Of a stretch of 64,000 nt of DNA, positions 37,129-50,700 are shown one piece after another. The notes beneath the pieces are model-generated. The model worked only from the letters and a program-made list of their open reading frames with translations, was not told the origin of the DNA and did no database searches. The position numbers and the translations under genes are program-made. How positions within the stretch are numbered: position 1 is the first letter of the stretch; each line of letters opens with the position of its first letter. The stretch covers positions 186,001-250,000 of the forward strand of contig OZ287083.1 of NCBI GenBank assembly GCA_965645245.1. Reading direction: 5' to 3'. This stretch comes from Massalongia carnosa. Lineage: Eukaryota.

Positions 37129-40100
37129 TGACTACTTTTAGAATGAGAAATACGAAGATAATTATTCCCGCTAAGCGAGTCTTTTGTGGCACAGCGGCAT
37201 CATACATGGGCTCACCCTCTGGTCCCGGTCTCGCGTTCTCGCTCTACGCCAAACCTCACGGGTTAGCCCCCCTTGTCAAACCCCATCCTACAGCCGCGAA
37301 CCTGCATCATTCCTGCTGAAACAATTCCCCCCTCCCTTAGGCAGCGAAGAGCAACGTATACCAGCATTTTCTGGGATCATCCCCTGTTTCGGCATTCGTG
37401 GCTTTCCCCTCATGACTCTGCGAATTGATGATGTTTTCTGCTGCTTGTTTGGGTCCTTCCAGTCTTCCCGCCGCGCCTCCTACAACACGTTCTGCCTATC
37501 TACCGCTATGTTTCCCGTGCTGGACGCTGGATAGATAGATAGATAGGTAGGTAGGTATCTATCCACAGAGCTATCGCAGTAGGAGAAAGGTAGCGGTGAG
37601 GTGTTGGTGGAGAGAGGTGTGTGAAGCGTGTTCAGCCGGGGCCGTGTTTGCTTTACTGCTTGTTTCCCATCGCTCGATTTTTTTATTTTATCAAACCGCA
37701 AACTAGATGGGTCATTAGTTTAAACCGCGTGGTTGCGTTGATGGGTGTTAGGTTGTTGAATATAAGAGTGGTGATGGCGGTTTTCTCAGTGCTTAATCTC
37801 TACGGAACTCAGACATTGTTTCATGATTCTTTATGTCTTTTCTAAGAGAGAAGTGCAACTGCATTGGTTTTGGAGCTGATTTTGCTGTGTCCAGTTGGTT
37901 TGGTCGATATTTGTTGAATCTTTGGATAAGTGCTAAATTTAATCAACCAACGAGGGCATCTTTATCACCAGCTCCTTACCTAAGAGTCTACAGACCCTTC
38001 TTTCATGCTATAATTCCAAATCGGCCTATTCACCTTCCACCCAACCTTTAGTTTTCTTTTCGCTTATTGAAACTCGCCCCCAAAGAGCTGCCAGCTTATA
38101 CATACTGCAAAAAGCCTGGGGGTTTCGAATACTCGACAGCCTAGGAACTATGGCCTGGTTGCTTCAAATGGCTGCTTTTACATGGGGATGGTTTTTAGGC
38201 TCGGATGCGGATCATCACCAACTCCTGCAACGAGAATGCCTTTTCGATCCCGCGGGTCGCCTGGTTCTGTCACGGGTGGAGAGATTTGTGGTTTCCTGCA
38301 TGGCGGTTGGTGTTTACTCGTGCCGTTGAATACTGTTTCCGCTCTCCGCAGGAGTTGATGGTATTTATCACCTTGTTGCGTGGCTGAGAGCTTCGCCCCT
38401 ATATCATCTAAGAGGGTTGCTGTTGCTTACAAAACTTTTCATCTAGTCTATGCTCTCCTCTTCCGTTGTCTCGGTTTTGTTAGATCAAGCAATTGAGGTA
38501 AGCTGGAGTCCTTTCCAATTTCTGCCTCAGTCTAATATCCATTAGGCTTCTCTTCCCTTGAGCCCGGACTAGGCTTCATTTGTATGCATATTCTGTGAGG
38601 GTGCCGCATCGTGGTTTATGCATGATTTGCACACTGGCCCAGGTTAAATTCTCGCCGAATCATCCAGGCTGCTTGAAAATAGCCAACTCCTTAGATGCTT
38701 TGTGGCCCTGCGTGAGAAATCCCACGGCCCCACCAGAAGGTTAACCGGGCTTTTATGTCAATTATTCACAGTTTCGACAAGGTTCGCCTAGCTTTCAGAC
38801 TACCTTTTTCATGACACCTTTGGGAAGGTTTTACATGGAATTACATGCGTCAAGAGTTATACTAACTTCTTTATTCGGTTTTTATGTTCAATGAGTTTTC
38901 TGCGTTCGCAGTTTGGTGATGAGTGGTAAAAATTTTCCCAGCCCCTATACTATAAAAGATTCCCAAAATTTACTATTAATACGGGGATTATGGCCATGTC
39001 TCCTCCATCATACATACCATATACGTTACACTTTAACAAAACCACCTTTTTAAACAGCTTTTCAACCCAGATCTCGTTGGTTTGACTACAACATGGCTCT
39101 TCAAAGCTCTAACTCCTTTACTAAATATATTTACCCAGATTTCGAAAACTTTATGGTTCCGCTTTGACGAAGCAAGGAAATCCCGATTTGTGGGCTTTCG
39201 CGAACCGGTTAACACTTGGAACAACGAGCGCTACCTGGCCTTCCGTTAACCAAAACGACGTTCAAACATAATACTATCGAGAGTGACACGGATAACTACG
39301 CTCGCACCGCCAATTGCGACTTCCAATTCGTCCACCAACCTCACGAGGTCTTTTGGGCCTATGCTCAAAAAGCATAAGAACGCACTGAATAGTTTCCCCC
39401 ACAACTGTACTACCGAGAAAATTAGCGTATCCGGAGGTCATCTTCGGAGGTTTCTAAGGGTATGCGCCATATATTGCCAAGGCTCCAAGGCCTCTTCTTC
39501 GTGATAGGCACGTACCATAAAATCTTCTACTTGAAGGACTATTGAAAAAATATTCATCTCCGGGTCTCGCCGCTGCCCGTCAACCATCTGCTGGTGGAAT
39601 TTGTCCAGGCTTCACCCTTGGTGGCTTTCTCGGGCTTGACGCTGCAGGTGATTGGCTTGGATTGGTGGAAGAATTGGCGAAACTCTCGAGATCTTTATCA
39701 CCTGACAGTGAGATCACAGTGAAACTCTGGGAGATAGTCCGAGACATGGGCAGCTTCCAGTCCCTGACACTGGGTTGGGTTTCTGGAGCTTAGGCTGATA
39801 TTATCAACTTTCAGCATGATGCAACTCATACAGCATCAGCCAGTTTCGACCGACCAGCGATCCAAGCTGGCAAGATCGACATTTCGAAACTTGAAAAGTG
39901 ATGCTTATAGGGAGCACAGCAGCAACTCGACAGCACTGGCGCTAACACTTGGAAAGTTAAGAAAACGCTGGAGTGGAATCTGCTTCTATGTATCACTCTT
40001 TAGCCTCTTGCTGGACAAGACTTTATAGAATTGCTAAGTGTTACGCAAGAGGAAGGTTCTGGCAGGAATATATTCTCTTGCCTTCAACGCGAAGTCTTGG

Positions 40101-43100
40101 ATTTCTCTTTACTGTCAATGTTAGACAGGTTTGGACGAAGTAATTCCTCGTTGAATATATAGCATCGATTATTGGTAAAGCGGACAGTTATCGACAAAAC
40201 TTGGATAGGAATCAATATCGAGCGTCAAGGCCAGAATCGTGTACGTTGGCTGTGGGCGAGACCTACATCGTCGATCGAACGCGTGATTCGTATTGGCGTT
40301 CCTAGAACAAGCTCAGCTGCTCGGTTCAATCTTCAAGATTAGTCAGTTCCTTCCGTCACTCGAGGCACGGAATATGCTTACTTCAATCGTTTCAAAAAAT
40401 CAATATCCTGGTCGGATAAGAGATCATATTACTCTGGTCCAGCTACCGAGTACACAGCTGATCATGGCCACATAATGACGCGTAGTCTAGCGGCCTATTG
40501 CTCGAATCGGTGAAGATTTTGACCGTAGAGCATTTTGAAGATCCTCGTGTTCCGGTAAGGATCGCAAAGTACAAGCGCCAAACATCGTCTCATTCATGAT
40601 TCGGAATAGCGAAACGCAGAGGACACAAGGTGATTTGTCAAGTTTTAACTGTTGACCTTGGGCTTGGTCAGCAGATTCAACCTATCTAGCCGTAACTTGG
40701 AGGTGATGGTGGGTTTCATTTAAGAACTTGGAGAAAAAAGCTGCTTCTCATCCTCAAAGCTGATCCTTGTGGTGCCGCACCATGCAGTGTAGGCGTCGGG
40801 CACAAATCCAGTATTTTCGTCCAAGCCACCAGGGACATTGAAATTTTCGAAGAAATAACCGTGAAATACCGGACCTGGATACTGTACCGGCCCGGGTGCC
40901 ATCCAGCTCTACCGGTGTGGCGCTTCCAGCTGCGAATTCGCGACTGAAGGCATAGACGTTGGTTGGGTTTCAAGCAAGAACCTGTTGCTGGCTGATCCAA
41001 GATAACCAACATTGACGGGTTCTGAGGCGAGAAAAACAGGCTCACCATTCTAGATACGATGGCGGTCGACAAGCTGAAATTTTTGATCGATGAATCTCGA
41101 TCAAACGTGGCATATACTCGCGCGAAGAAGAGCTTCATCGTTATGACTTTCCGCGGCAGCTCCTACTATCAAAAGCTGAACCGTGAGTATATCAGTCACA
41201 ACGGGAACGAGGAGTGAGGTGAATACATATTGCGTGATGCGATGAGAGGCATCATTGCGGGCGTCCCGGTGTGGAGCGATATTTGCTATGAAGAAGAACG
41301 TAATCGTGGTTATCAGTGGCCCTGCTGAAGAAGGACATCCAGAAACTGCCCTGGACATCCGCACGACTGTACCTACCTCATACCGCTGCTCCGTCGCAAC
41401 GTTTTCCCTACGGCTGTCAAGATCAATTCCAACAGCCTCAGCATGATATACCACCAAAAAGGATTCGAATCAGCTGATCGATCGGCCTGGTGAGAGGTCT
41501 ACAAGAAATGGCACAGTGATATCATGATTGTGCTAATCAACACATGCTGCGAGATTTTACTCTAAATGAGAGGTGGAATGCTCATATTTCCACCATCTAC
41601 GTCCTGCTAGCCTCAAACCTAGCACTAATGCCGGCCCCCTATCCCCCAGCCCACAGTCAGACCAACGCGGAAATGCAACAAAGTTCAGCCGATAGGGAAC
41701 CTGTCTGTTCGATTGCGACCAGATCCCACCATTCGCGATGCTCCAACGTTCTCGGGCAGGAAAGTCCCTACCAAAAAGTCCGAGGACTGTATAGCCGAGG
41801 CAAAAGGCGATTCGCCCCCAGGGTATGAAGCAGTCCTGTCGCCCGTGTATGTATAGATATGTGCCCAGAGGCTTCGAAAACATCCACCCACATACCCAAT
41901 TTAAACCCCCTGACCATCAGGAGGGGCTGGGAACCCTAACACCAAACCCCAAACACATATTCCCCTCCACGAGAGCGCAACAAGCCATCATCGTTAGCCT
42001 CATACCGTCCCTTTTCCACCCCTCCCCAACCCCTTCCAATCGTATCACCATCAAGCGTCCCCAGCCTCTGGTTCACTCCTCCAAGAGAGACTCTCGGCTC
42101 CTAAGAAATGGTGTCGCCGCTTGGCAAGCGTCCGGTAAAGCATAGGAAGTTGAGCCCTGAAACTTGACTGGAGCATATCTTGTCTCGATGAGCTTGGGTC
42201 TGGGTCTAGTCTGAGAGTCCGAGAGTCCGTGAATCCGAGTCGCTGCTTTCCCCAACCCCCTATAATACCTATTCGCCTAGCCCAGGTATGCACGCTTGGA
42301 TAAGTAAGCAACTCAAGCAAATCAGGAGAGAGGCAAATGTTGGAGTACTAGTCCTACCAGCAACTTGCCCTAGGCACGGATCTCCCCCACCATTATTACC
42401 CGCGTAGATAGTTTCATCCCATAGAACAATACACACTATTACACCATCGATAGTGAACCATGTTACATGCTTTCCTATCAATAAGGGGGATAGAGATATG
42501 TGGAGATTATAACACGAATCCCGGAGAAATGTTTTTTCATTTTATTTTTCTCCTCGGGGGTTACTTTTCGCTTCTTATGTATGTCAGTCGGCAGGTTGTT
42601 TGCTCGCGGTTCCTGAATGATGATCGTCCTTCCACAGAGTACGAGTAATTGTTACATGCTTGATGAAACTACTTATCGTTAATATATAGAGCACACTAAG
42701 TACATAGATAGAATTTAATAAGATATAAACGCCGTAAGTTCCAACGGTATGTAATTATAGCTATTGATATATTTATCCACCACCCACAGAAAGATTCTCC
42801 CGGCCCCCCCTTTTTTCCGTTTGTTTTTTTAAAGTTGATCAATCAATTAATTACTCATCTCCGGACTAATTACCTGGTTATTGTACATTATATGTAATCT
42901 GTAATTATCCCGAACAGGAAACAGCAGCAGCAGAGTTTCGTATTTACTACTTTACGTCCTTTATCATCCCGCGTCCTCTCTTTCTCTCTCTCACTAAAAC
43001 ATTGTTGGGTCTAGGGTCTAATTAACTAGATATTGAACTTAGTTGTGCTCTGCGCAGGCACGCAAAGTGTCGCTCGCTTTTTTTTTTAAATATATATCTG

Positions 43101-43956
43101 GCTTAAGTTAACTAAGAACCAGCGTCATTCGCTCATTTAAGAGACTCTCGAACGAGCTGATGAACGAAACCTCATCCCGATAACTATTGAGGGAAAGGAG
43201 GGGGGAGTCTGGAAAACCACAAAAAAAGGTTAGAGTACTCTATTTATGCCTACCTACCTACTGTGTAAATAGTTGCTCTACCATTTGCGAGGTCTGAGGG
43301 TCGATAGAGTAGAGAAAGGCCGAAGAGGAGGATAAAGATACAAGTTTTCCAGGGTGAGTCGCTGAAGCTGATGAGGGCTAAGCTGTACGCTTTACAGACG
43401 GGAGGACTGGCATGGATGATAAACAGCTGGAGGAGTTCCTATTAGGTAGATGTTATATACACATGCGAAACAAGGCTGTCAGGCTTGGGCAATGAGGCAG
43501 GGAAGACAAACAGTTGCGAATACAGGTTTGGTTAATCAAAGGAGGCCGTTTCCTGCGGTTTGCCAAGTGTTAGATCTTCAACTTCGGTCAGTCATGCGAA
43601 AAAGCGCAGCACAAATAAGCAAGCATGGTGACGGACGGAGGGAATGAAAAGAGGGCCATCTTTGCTGCCGCCAGATTGCCTATATGGGCCAAAGTACCCA
43701 TCGGGGACTGAAAAGCCTGCAATTTCTCATATAGCGAACAGATGCGCAGCCCTCACCGAACCCGATCGAAAACCAGTGTTTTGAGTGAGCCGTCGAGTTA
43801 GGCTTCGGTGTTAGATCGCTGATGATTTAGGAAGTTGGATTTTCTTTGATCAGGCATTGGCTGAATGTTTTCTGCTGGCGGCATTAGGGTGATACGTTCT
43901 TCAAGTGCAGCGGCAAAAGGCCCATAGATAAAAGACAGGCGTTTGATAGATTAAAA

Positions 43957-45512
43957 TCACAGGATCATAAATCCCGCATCCCCTTGGGCGACGATTTCCT
44001 CCAGTTGACGAGAACTCAACGCAATATTAGCATCTTCATCCGGAGAAGATACATCCTGAAGCTTGACGTGTAAGTCCTCGAGCAGTTTCGCCCTCTCCAT
44101 CCCATCCAGGGAACCGTCTCCGGGAGGAAGCGGTATATATGGGTTATCTCTTGTCATGGTGCTTACATATCCTAAAATTTTAGGACCCAAGGCAAGATGT
44201 TTGCCAATTGAGCCCAAAATTCCAAACAGGAGCAGGAGAATCGAAATGGTTGTTTGAATAACTGCCCAGATCGTGTTGCAAACGTAGACCTCCGGTGTCA
44301 CTCCTTAGTACATTGGGTGCTTACTGACTTCGCTCTGATTCCGAACGTGAGATATTTTTGGGCATTTCAGAACAAAGTAAATAACTTTCCAAGGTGAAAG
44401 AGGATACGCTATCAGCAGCGGTCCTCTCTACAATAAGCGAAGAATAGGCTGTATTCCCCTTGTAGACATCGAACCAGCCATCTTGGTCGCTAACGTCCAC
44501 TAACTCTACCTTTTCGATCGCAGGGCTCTTAACGTTTCCCCAAGTATCCATATGCCCGAAGCCTTGATTAGTGGAGGAGTGAGTAAAGCCGCCGAATACA
44601 ACCCGTTGATAGCAAAAGCTACCTCATTGATTGGATCAGCCCCTTGCGCAAACCACGACTCAGTGTCCAGGTTTAATTAATGTGAGATTCTGAGTGGACT
44701 GAACAATATGATCGGCTGTATCGAGGAGTCGTAGAGGTCTGGCCACCAAGCGGAGAGAACGTCCATACCAAGAGAAGCCCAGTACCGAGTCTATTGACAC
44801 TGTGTAGTGAAAATGGAGTCTCGAGAGCGCTGAAGGATGTGAGGCTGCCTATAATCTGCTCCAAAGCCTATTGTAGATAAGCTACATAAGAGGAATATAG
44901 TGTAGGTTCTGTAAGTACGCCAAGTTTCGTATCACGCCCAACTAGATAAAGCACCGAAGACTTCAGCGCTACTCCAAAGACGGCAGAGAACATGATGGGA
45001 AAAATTGTAGGGCCCTGGATATATCAGAAGTGCTGATGAAGAGAATGTAGAGGTGCTTATTACAAAACGCGTGGCAAACTTAACTATATCATTCCGAAAG
45101 GATCTTGGCGATCCTGATAGACGGAGTGTCACAACACCCAATGCTGCGCAAAAGAACGTAAGCAGATGCTTCAGGTTTCAAAGCAGCAAGGGCGATTTTC
45201 TTATGAAACCTTTCTTACATATAAATAAGATAGGGACAGTGCTATTGCCACGGTGAATAGGAAAAAAATGGCTCTGCACAGGGTCATGTTTCTTGTCTTC
45301 CTGTTGGGGCTGATGGACCAACTAGTGATTAACATGGCATCTTCCTGAGGATAATAATACTTGTTTGACTTCTTGCTCCTGGTAGGTTATTTCCGAGGAC
45401 TGCCCACCGAGGACTCCAGGAAGTTTTTTTTTGGTTCATCGGCAGATGTTCTATTATCTTCAATCAGCCTCTCCCGGCTCGCTGGATCATCCAAGTGTGA
45501 ACTTTGATCCAT
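43957..45512 (-). pseudogene. Decayed member of a widespread uncharacterised fungal membrane-protein family
   Basis: Family-like blocks LLVWTFSPLGGQ, MDTWGNVKSP and LGYVSTMTRDNPYIPLPPGDGSLDGMERAKLL, separated by stops and frameshifts. Confidence 0.7.
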
Positions 45513-45839
45513 GATGCTTTCACGTGCAAAACAAGCACAAATGAACGTGGGAGTCTGCTGAATTCAACAACTGGCAAGTGTATCTCAGGAGGCAGCTAAG
45601 ATGTGCCATGAATTCACTCATGAATTTCAATAATCTTTAGATACAGAATCTTAGAGGGATGAGATATTTACAGGATCTATTCTTGGGCTCCGTCAGGATG
45701 CAAAAATTCGGCTGGCAAGCCTGGATACTCCACATGACAAGCAATATGACATGTGCATGAAAATGAAGTCGAATAACTAACGAGATCGTCATAATCAAGG
45801 GATGAAACACGGAAATAAACTTGCACCCTCGAATTCAAA

Positions 45840-46465
45840 AACTCGAACGGTTAGGAAATCATAACAAGACGGCAAGAGCTGCTTCCACCCATGCATTGTT
45901 CAATGGGATATAAAGCGACGGGAAGTAACCATAGAAAGGCTTGAGGTGAGCTAAATGGCATCCTGAACAAATCGTCTTCATATCAGTTTCTCATGCAAAG
46001 AATTATACCATAAAAACCGTCTCAAACACCAAGCAGAAGAAAAGCGGCCGGATAGGGTATTACCTCGGAACGACAAGACCTGCTTCCACCCATTCCTTAT
46101 TTTGATGGAATAAAAGCAAGGGAGGCCACATGAGAAATGCTCTGGCCCAGCGAGCTTGATGAGATTGTGAACAATGTGCATGTCAACCAGCTTCTCACGA
46201 AAGAACCATAACATTATTATAGTTATTAAAACATCCTTTAGAAAATCCAGCGAATAGGAATCATTCCGAAATGGCAAGAGCTGCATCCACCCACTTATTG
46301 GTCCGACGGCGTGAAAAACACCGGAAGAAAACAATAGAAGAACTCTGAAACTCCTTGAGGGAATGACGCTATGCTCGGTTTCTACTCTGTACTGACAAGA
46401 ACTATAACAGAAGAAATAAAACAGTGAGCTCAACCGGCATGAACTGCTTCTACCCGTCCTCTACT
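45840..46465 (+). repeat. Three to four diverged ~200-bp tandem units, probably a decayed repeat-coding gene
   Basis: ggcaagagctgcttccaccc (45871), gacaagacctgcttccaccc (46072), ggcaagagctgcatccaccc (46273) and a partial copy at ~46437. Confidence 0.7.
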
Positions 46466-46778
46466 CTTGACTTTTATTCCCGAGACATACAAAACGCACA
46501 AAGTATGCTGTAGTACTCGAGACAATGGCCATGAAATCGAGAGATGATGGAGAGCGTCGGAGTAGGTATCTAGTCGGTATCCACTAGCAAACGCACTAGC
46601 TAGCTCATTACGTACAGTACGGAATAACTAACGTTAGTTAACTGCCGTCTTTCCAAACGTGTTTTCTCCGCCCTTCGGGTTCATCGGTGTCGCTCCGGAG
46701 ATATCGTCATCTAAGTCCTGAACCGTGCCAGCAGCACTAACCAACCCACCCTCCGGCGAATGCCCATTCCCAACAACC

Positions 46779-47306
46779 ATGCCCTCCCCCACCCCTTCCA
46801 AATCCACCACCAAAAACACCCCACCAACCACCACCACCACAACTTCTCCCCCTCCCCTCTCAGCCCCATCCGCAACCCAACCCCAAACCGCAACCTCCAC
46901 TTCGCCCGCGCAGCCAACCCCTCAAACGCTCGAAGCGCGGCACACACTCCTCACGACGCTCTCGACGCTCTCGCACCCGCCCACGCAGCACCTGCACGCG
47001 CTCGCGGGCGACATCCACGCCAACAGCGCGCAGCTGACGGCGCAGTCGACGCGTGTGGCGGGCGCGACGCGGGCGCTGGGGAAGGAGCGCGAGAAACAGG
47101 CGAAAGCGGCGGCGGAGGCCGCGGGGAAGTTGAAGGAGCTGGGCGACATCCAGAATTGGGCTGAGGTGCTGGAGAGGGAGATTTTGGTGTTGGAGGATGC
47201 GGTAAGGAGGGGGGAGGAGAAGGGGAGTGGGGTTGGGAAGGGGGAGGGGAACGGGGAGGGGAAGGGGGAGAGGGAGAGGGCGAAGGTTGGGGGCGGGTGG
47301 CGGTAG
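46779..47306 (+). CDS. BLOC1S1: BLOC-1 subunit 1 (GCN5L1/BLOS1 family)
   Basis: DIHANS...KLKELGDIQNWAEVLEREILVLED; first ATG at 46779. Confidence 0.85.
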   Translation: MPSPTPSKSTTKNTPPTTTTTTSPPPLSAPSATQPQTATSTSPAQPTPQTLEARHTLLTTLSTLSHPPTQHLHALAGDIHANSAQLTAQSTRVAGATRALGKEREKQAKAAAEAAGKLKELGDIQNWAEVLEREILVLEDAVRRGEEKGSGVGKGEGNGEGKGERERAKVGGGWR

Positions 47307-47732
47307 TTAGATGGGAGATAACAGAGAAATGTGGGGAGGTTTAGAGGGGTTATGTGATGATTTCATGACGAGATTGGATGGTTTGGTGGGGGGAAGAGTG
47401 ATGATACCTACTATCACATATCTGCGAATAACGCTTGGAAATTTCATGTCGATACTCAGGCCAAATGTCCGCAGATGAAGGGAGCAAGCAATGGCATTGA
47501 GACAGGATCATAAGAGACATGCGATAATTCAACGAACGATCGAATGTTGATGCCATCAGAGAGAATCCGAATCGGTAAACACCACCAGTCATTCGTAGCC
47601 GCACTCCATTCTTATAGACACACCATTCTTATCGCTAAGGCAGCAGCAACGGAAACCACCTCCTTCCCGAAAAGCTAGCCAATGCAAACCGCTAAAATGG
47701 ACAGTCCGAGCACGACAGCCCTCAAAACAACA

Positions 47733-50700
47733 TCAGTACAGAACCTCATCCCCATAAATCCCAATCGCCTCTGAAACGCCATCCCAGTCCCCAGTCCCTG
47801 CAATCATTAACTCCCCTCCCGCCCCTATCTTCACTCCCCCCTCCATCCTCGTCGCCACACTCTTTTCCACATACCCCCTCTTCCTCCCCCTTTCCCTCCC
47901 AGCGCAAGTCATCCTCTTTCCAATTCCATCTTCCCACTCTTTCCAGCCCTCCCATTCCCTACGCTGCCGCGCCAGAGCCCACGGGCTTGTCTCTCTCGCC
48001 GGTTTCCACTTCAGCCTTTCGTCTTTTTCTGTGGCACGGATAGCGAGGAGGCGGCTTTCAGGGTGGGTAACAAGGTTCACTAGTTCCTTCAAGACATCTA
48101 CGGCTTCGGACTTGAGGGGCCGAGGCTGAGGGGTTTGAGAGCGGACTGGAGTTGAGAGGAAGGCAAGGGAGTTGGGAAGGTAATGGGTGCTGGATGTGGA
48201 ACGAAGGTAGCGGATTGAGGATTGAAGGGAGCGGATCTCGGTTTCGAGTACGGCGATTTTATGTGGGGTCGAAGCTTCGGCGGCTGGAGGCAGGATTTGA
48301 CTAGAGGATGGACGCTTTTGCAAATGAGATGATTTCCTCCAGGTTTCCCGCTCTGTTTCGAGGGTTTGGAGATTGGCCTCCAGATGCTTGAGATGGTTCA
48401 GGAGAGATTTTTCTTTCACTTTAGCCTTATCGACCATGCCTTCTAGCTCTCGAACTTTCTCTCTTCGACCGCTGGACTCGCCCACACGTTTTTCCAGGAC
48501 TTCGACTTTAACGCTCATTTCCTCAACTAGGCGGTCTCGGACTGCGAGCGCGATATTCCGTTCTACCATTTCGTCTTTTAGCCTATGAATCTCTGTTTCA
48601 TGCGTCGTAGACATGGTGTTAGCGGCATGCATCTTTTGTGCTAGTAATTGCCACGGAGGCGGGGGTGGTGGAGCTGGGAATTCGACGATTTGAGTGAGGC
48701 TATTGGTCAGGTTGTAGAATATCTGCATCTGGGTCGTGTTTGCGTGGATCTTAGAGGATAGGGACGACAGCGGCTGCACATCGGAAGAGGAGATGGCGTT
48801 GGATATTTCTTGAAAAGTAAAAGGCGTGTTTCTGCCTTCCTCGTTCAAAAGTCTGAAAAGAGAAAGGCCAATGCTGCGGACTGAGGAAGCCAAGTCGAAG
48901 GCTGACTTTTGACACTGTTCAACAGCAGGCAGGGTCGACTGATCCAGTGTCAGAGAACGGGAGGTGAGCTCTTCGATTTGACGGACTGCTTTGCTAATAA
49001 TAACTTTCGCGCTTCGAGTCTGCATGATGAGTAAATCGGCTTTGCGCAGGAAGCCCAACATCTCTTGATCGATTCCTTCTTCGCCCACAGATGCCATTTT
49101 ATTTTGCGCCATGGTTTTAATTTGAAACAAGACGGCAGCGGTGTTCTCGAGATAGCTCTGCATCATAAAGGCGCGCATGTGAATATCATCAGCATAGCGC
49201 TCAAGGTCTGCACCGATATGTATTTCTCCCAAGTGAGTCATCAATGCAATCGAACTAGATCGAATTATTAGAACGTAGCTCTCACGGTAGGATTGTGGAC
49301 TTACCGCTGTAGCTCCGCAGCGCATTGCTCTTCCTTAAGCTCATCCTTCCGAAGACCTTCAATCCAGCCATTGAAGGCACGCTCAACAGGCTCTAGCTCA
49401 TAGAGGGCACCTTCGAGTCTTCCGAACGCCTCAACCGTGAAGGACTGAATCGACTTCACGAATCGCTCACAAGTGGATGATATCCAGACCAACTTGTCTA
49501 ATATGTCGCAAGAAATCAAAACATCGTCTTCATGGCCTGGGGAGGGCTGGCCACTGATACGCTCCTTGATAAAATTATGCATCATACTAGCTTTGAAGCC
49601 AATTCGTTTAAATGACAGAAAGGCAAGTACAGAGCTGCGCTCCGTTTTGAAGCTTTCCGGTAGGAAAAGCCGAACGATTTCTAGATGTTCCATCGCTTCT
49701 TTAGCTTCCAATCTCCTAAGCTCTAAATCTATAGCTTTGACTTGCGCCTTGGATGCCGAAATCTGTAGTCGCATGTTGAGATCCATCATCGCTCGTGACC
49801 GACTTGTCATATCGTTGGCTTCGGTCTCGGTGATCTGTTGCGATGCCCTCATGTCTTCAAGATCGCTTTGCATATTTGTAACCAAATCTCGAAACCTCGA
49901 TACTGTATATTCGAGGTCTTGGATGGTCTCCTCCTGAAGGGCGGACTTTCTCGACTGTTCTGCGCGAATACTTTCGTTGTAATCAATCTCTTCTTGAAGT
50001 TGCTTCTCGTTTTCGGTATGGTTGAGGTCGAGCTCATCGTTTAATTCCTTCAGACTTTCAAGATCTTCCACAGCTGCCTTTAGATCATCAATCTGCTCAT
50101 TGAGAGCAAAATTCTTCTCTGTAAGCTCTTCAATCATCTCCTCCGCCCCAAGGGCAGTGTCCAGTTGTTGTCTAAGCTCCTCTACAACGGACTCTGACTG
50201 TACTAGTCTTTCTTTGGTTTGCAAGTATTCCTCTTTGACGGCCTTCAGGTCTAGTACATCCTTCTCAAGCTCTGCCACCTGGTTCTTAAGATCTGCCTCT
50301 TGCTCCTGCGTCATGTCTCGAAGTCGCATCAGGGCCTCTCGTAACCGTTCGTTGCTTCTCTCCATCTGTAACCAACCTTGACTGGTCTTCTCTTCTGGGC
50401 TCATCTCCTTTCCTAGCTCTTGATTCTCTTCTCGAAGAATTTCAACCTCCAATTCGATTTCTTCGTGCTTCTGCCTTAGTGCGTCTAACTCCATCTTTAA
50501 CGATTCTGCCGTCTCCTCCGCCATCTCTCGATCCAGAGCTGCTACTTCGACGACAGTTTCATTCTCGGCTTGCTGCACCTCTAACTCGGCGAAACGGGCC
50601 ACTTCTTCCTTCAGCTGTCCCTTCAGATCCATAATCTCTTGCTGCAGGGGTTGGTATTTCGTTTGGAGCTTCTGTATAATTCCTTCAAATTTGTCGCGCT

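Noticed and set aside
39200..40900. Possible P-loop or protein-kinase remnant
   Set aside because: The Walker A lysine and kinase HRD/DFG motifs are absent, so the resemblance is too weak.
45840..46465. CRISPR-like or ankyrin reading of the 200-bp periodic repeats
   Set aside because: The context is eukaryotic, the sequence between motifs is itself homologous, and the TPLH ankyrin consensus is not met.
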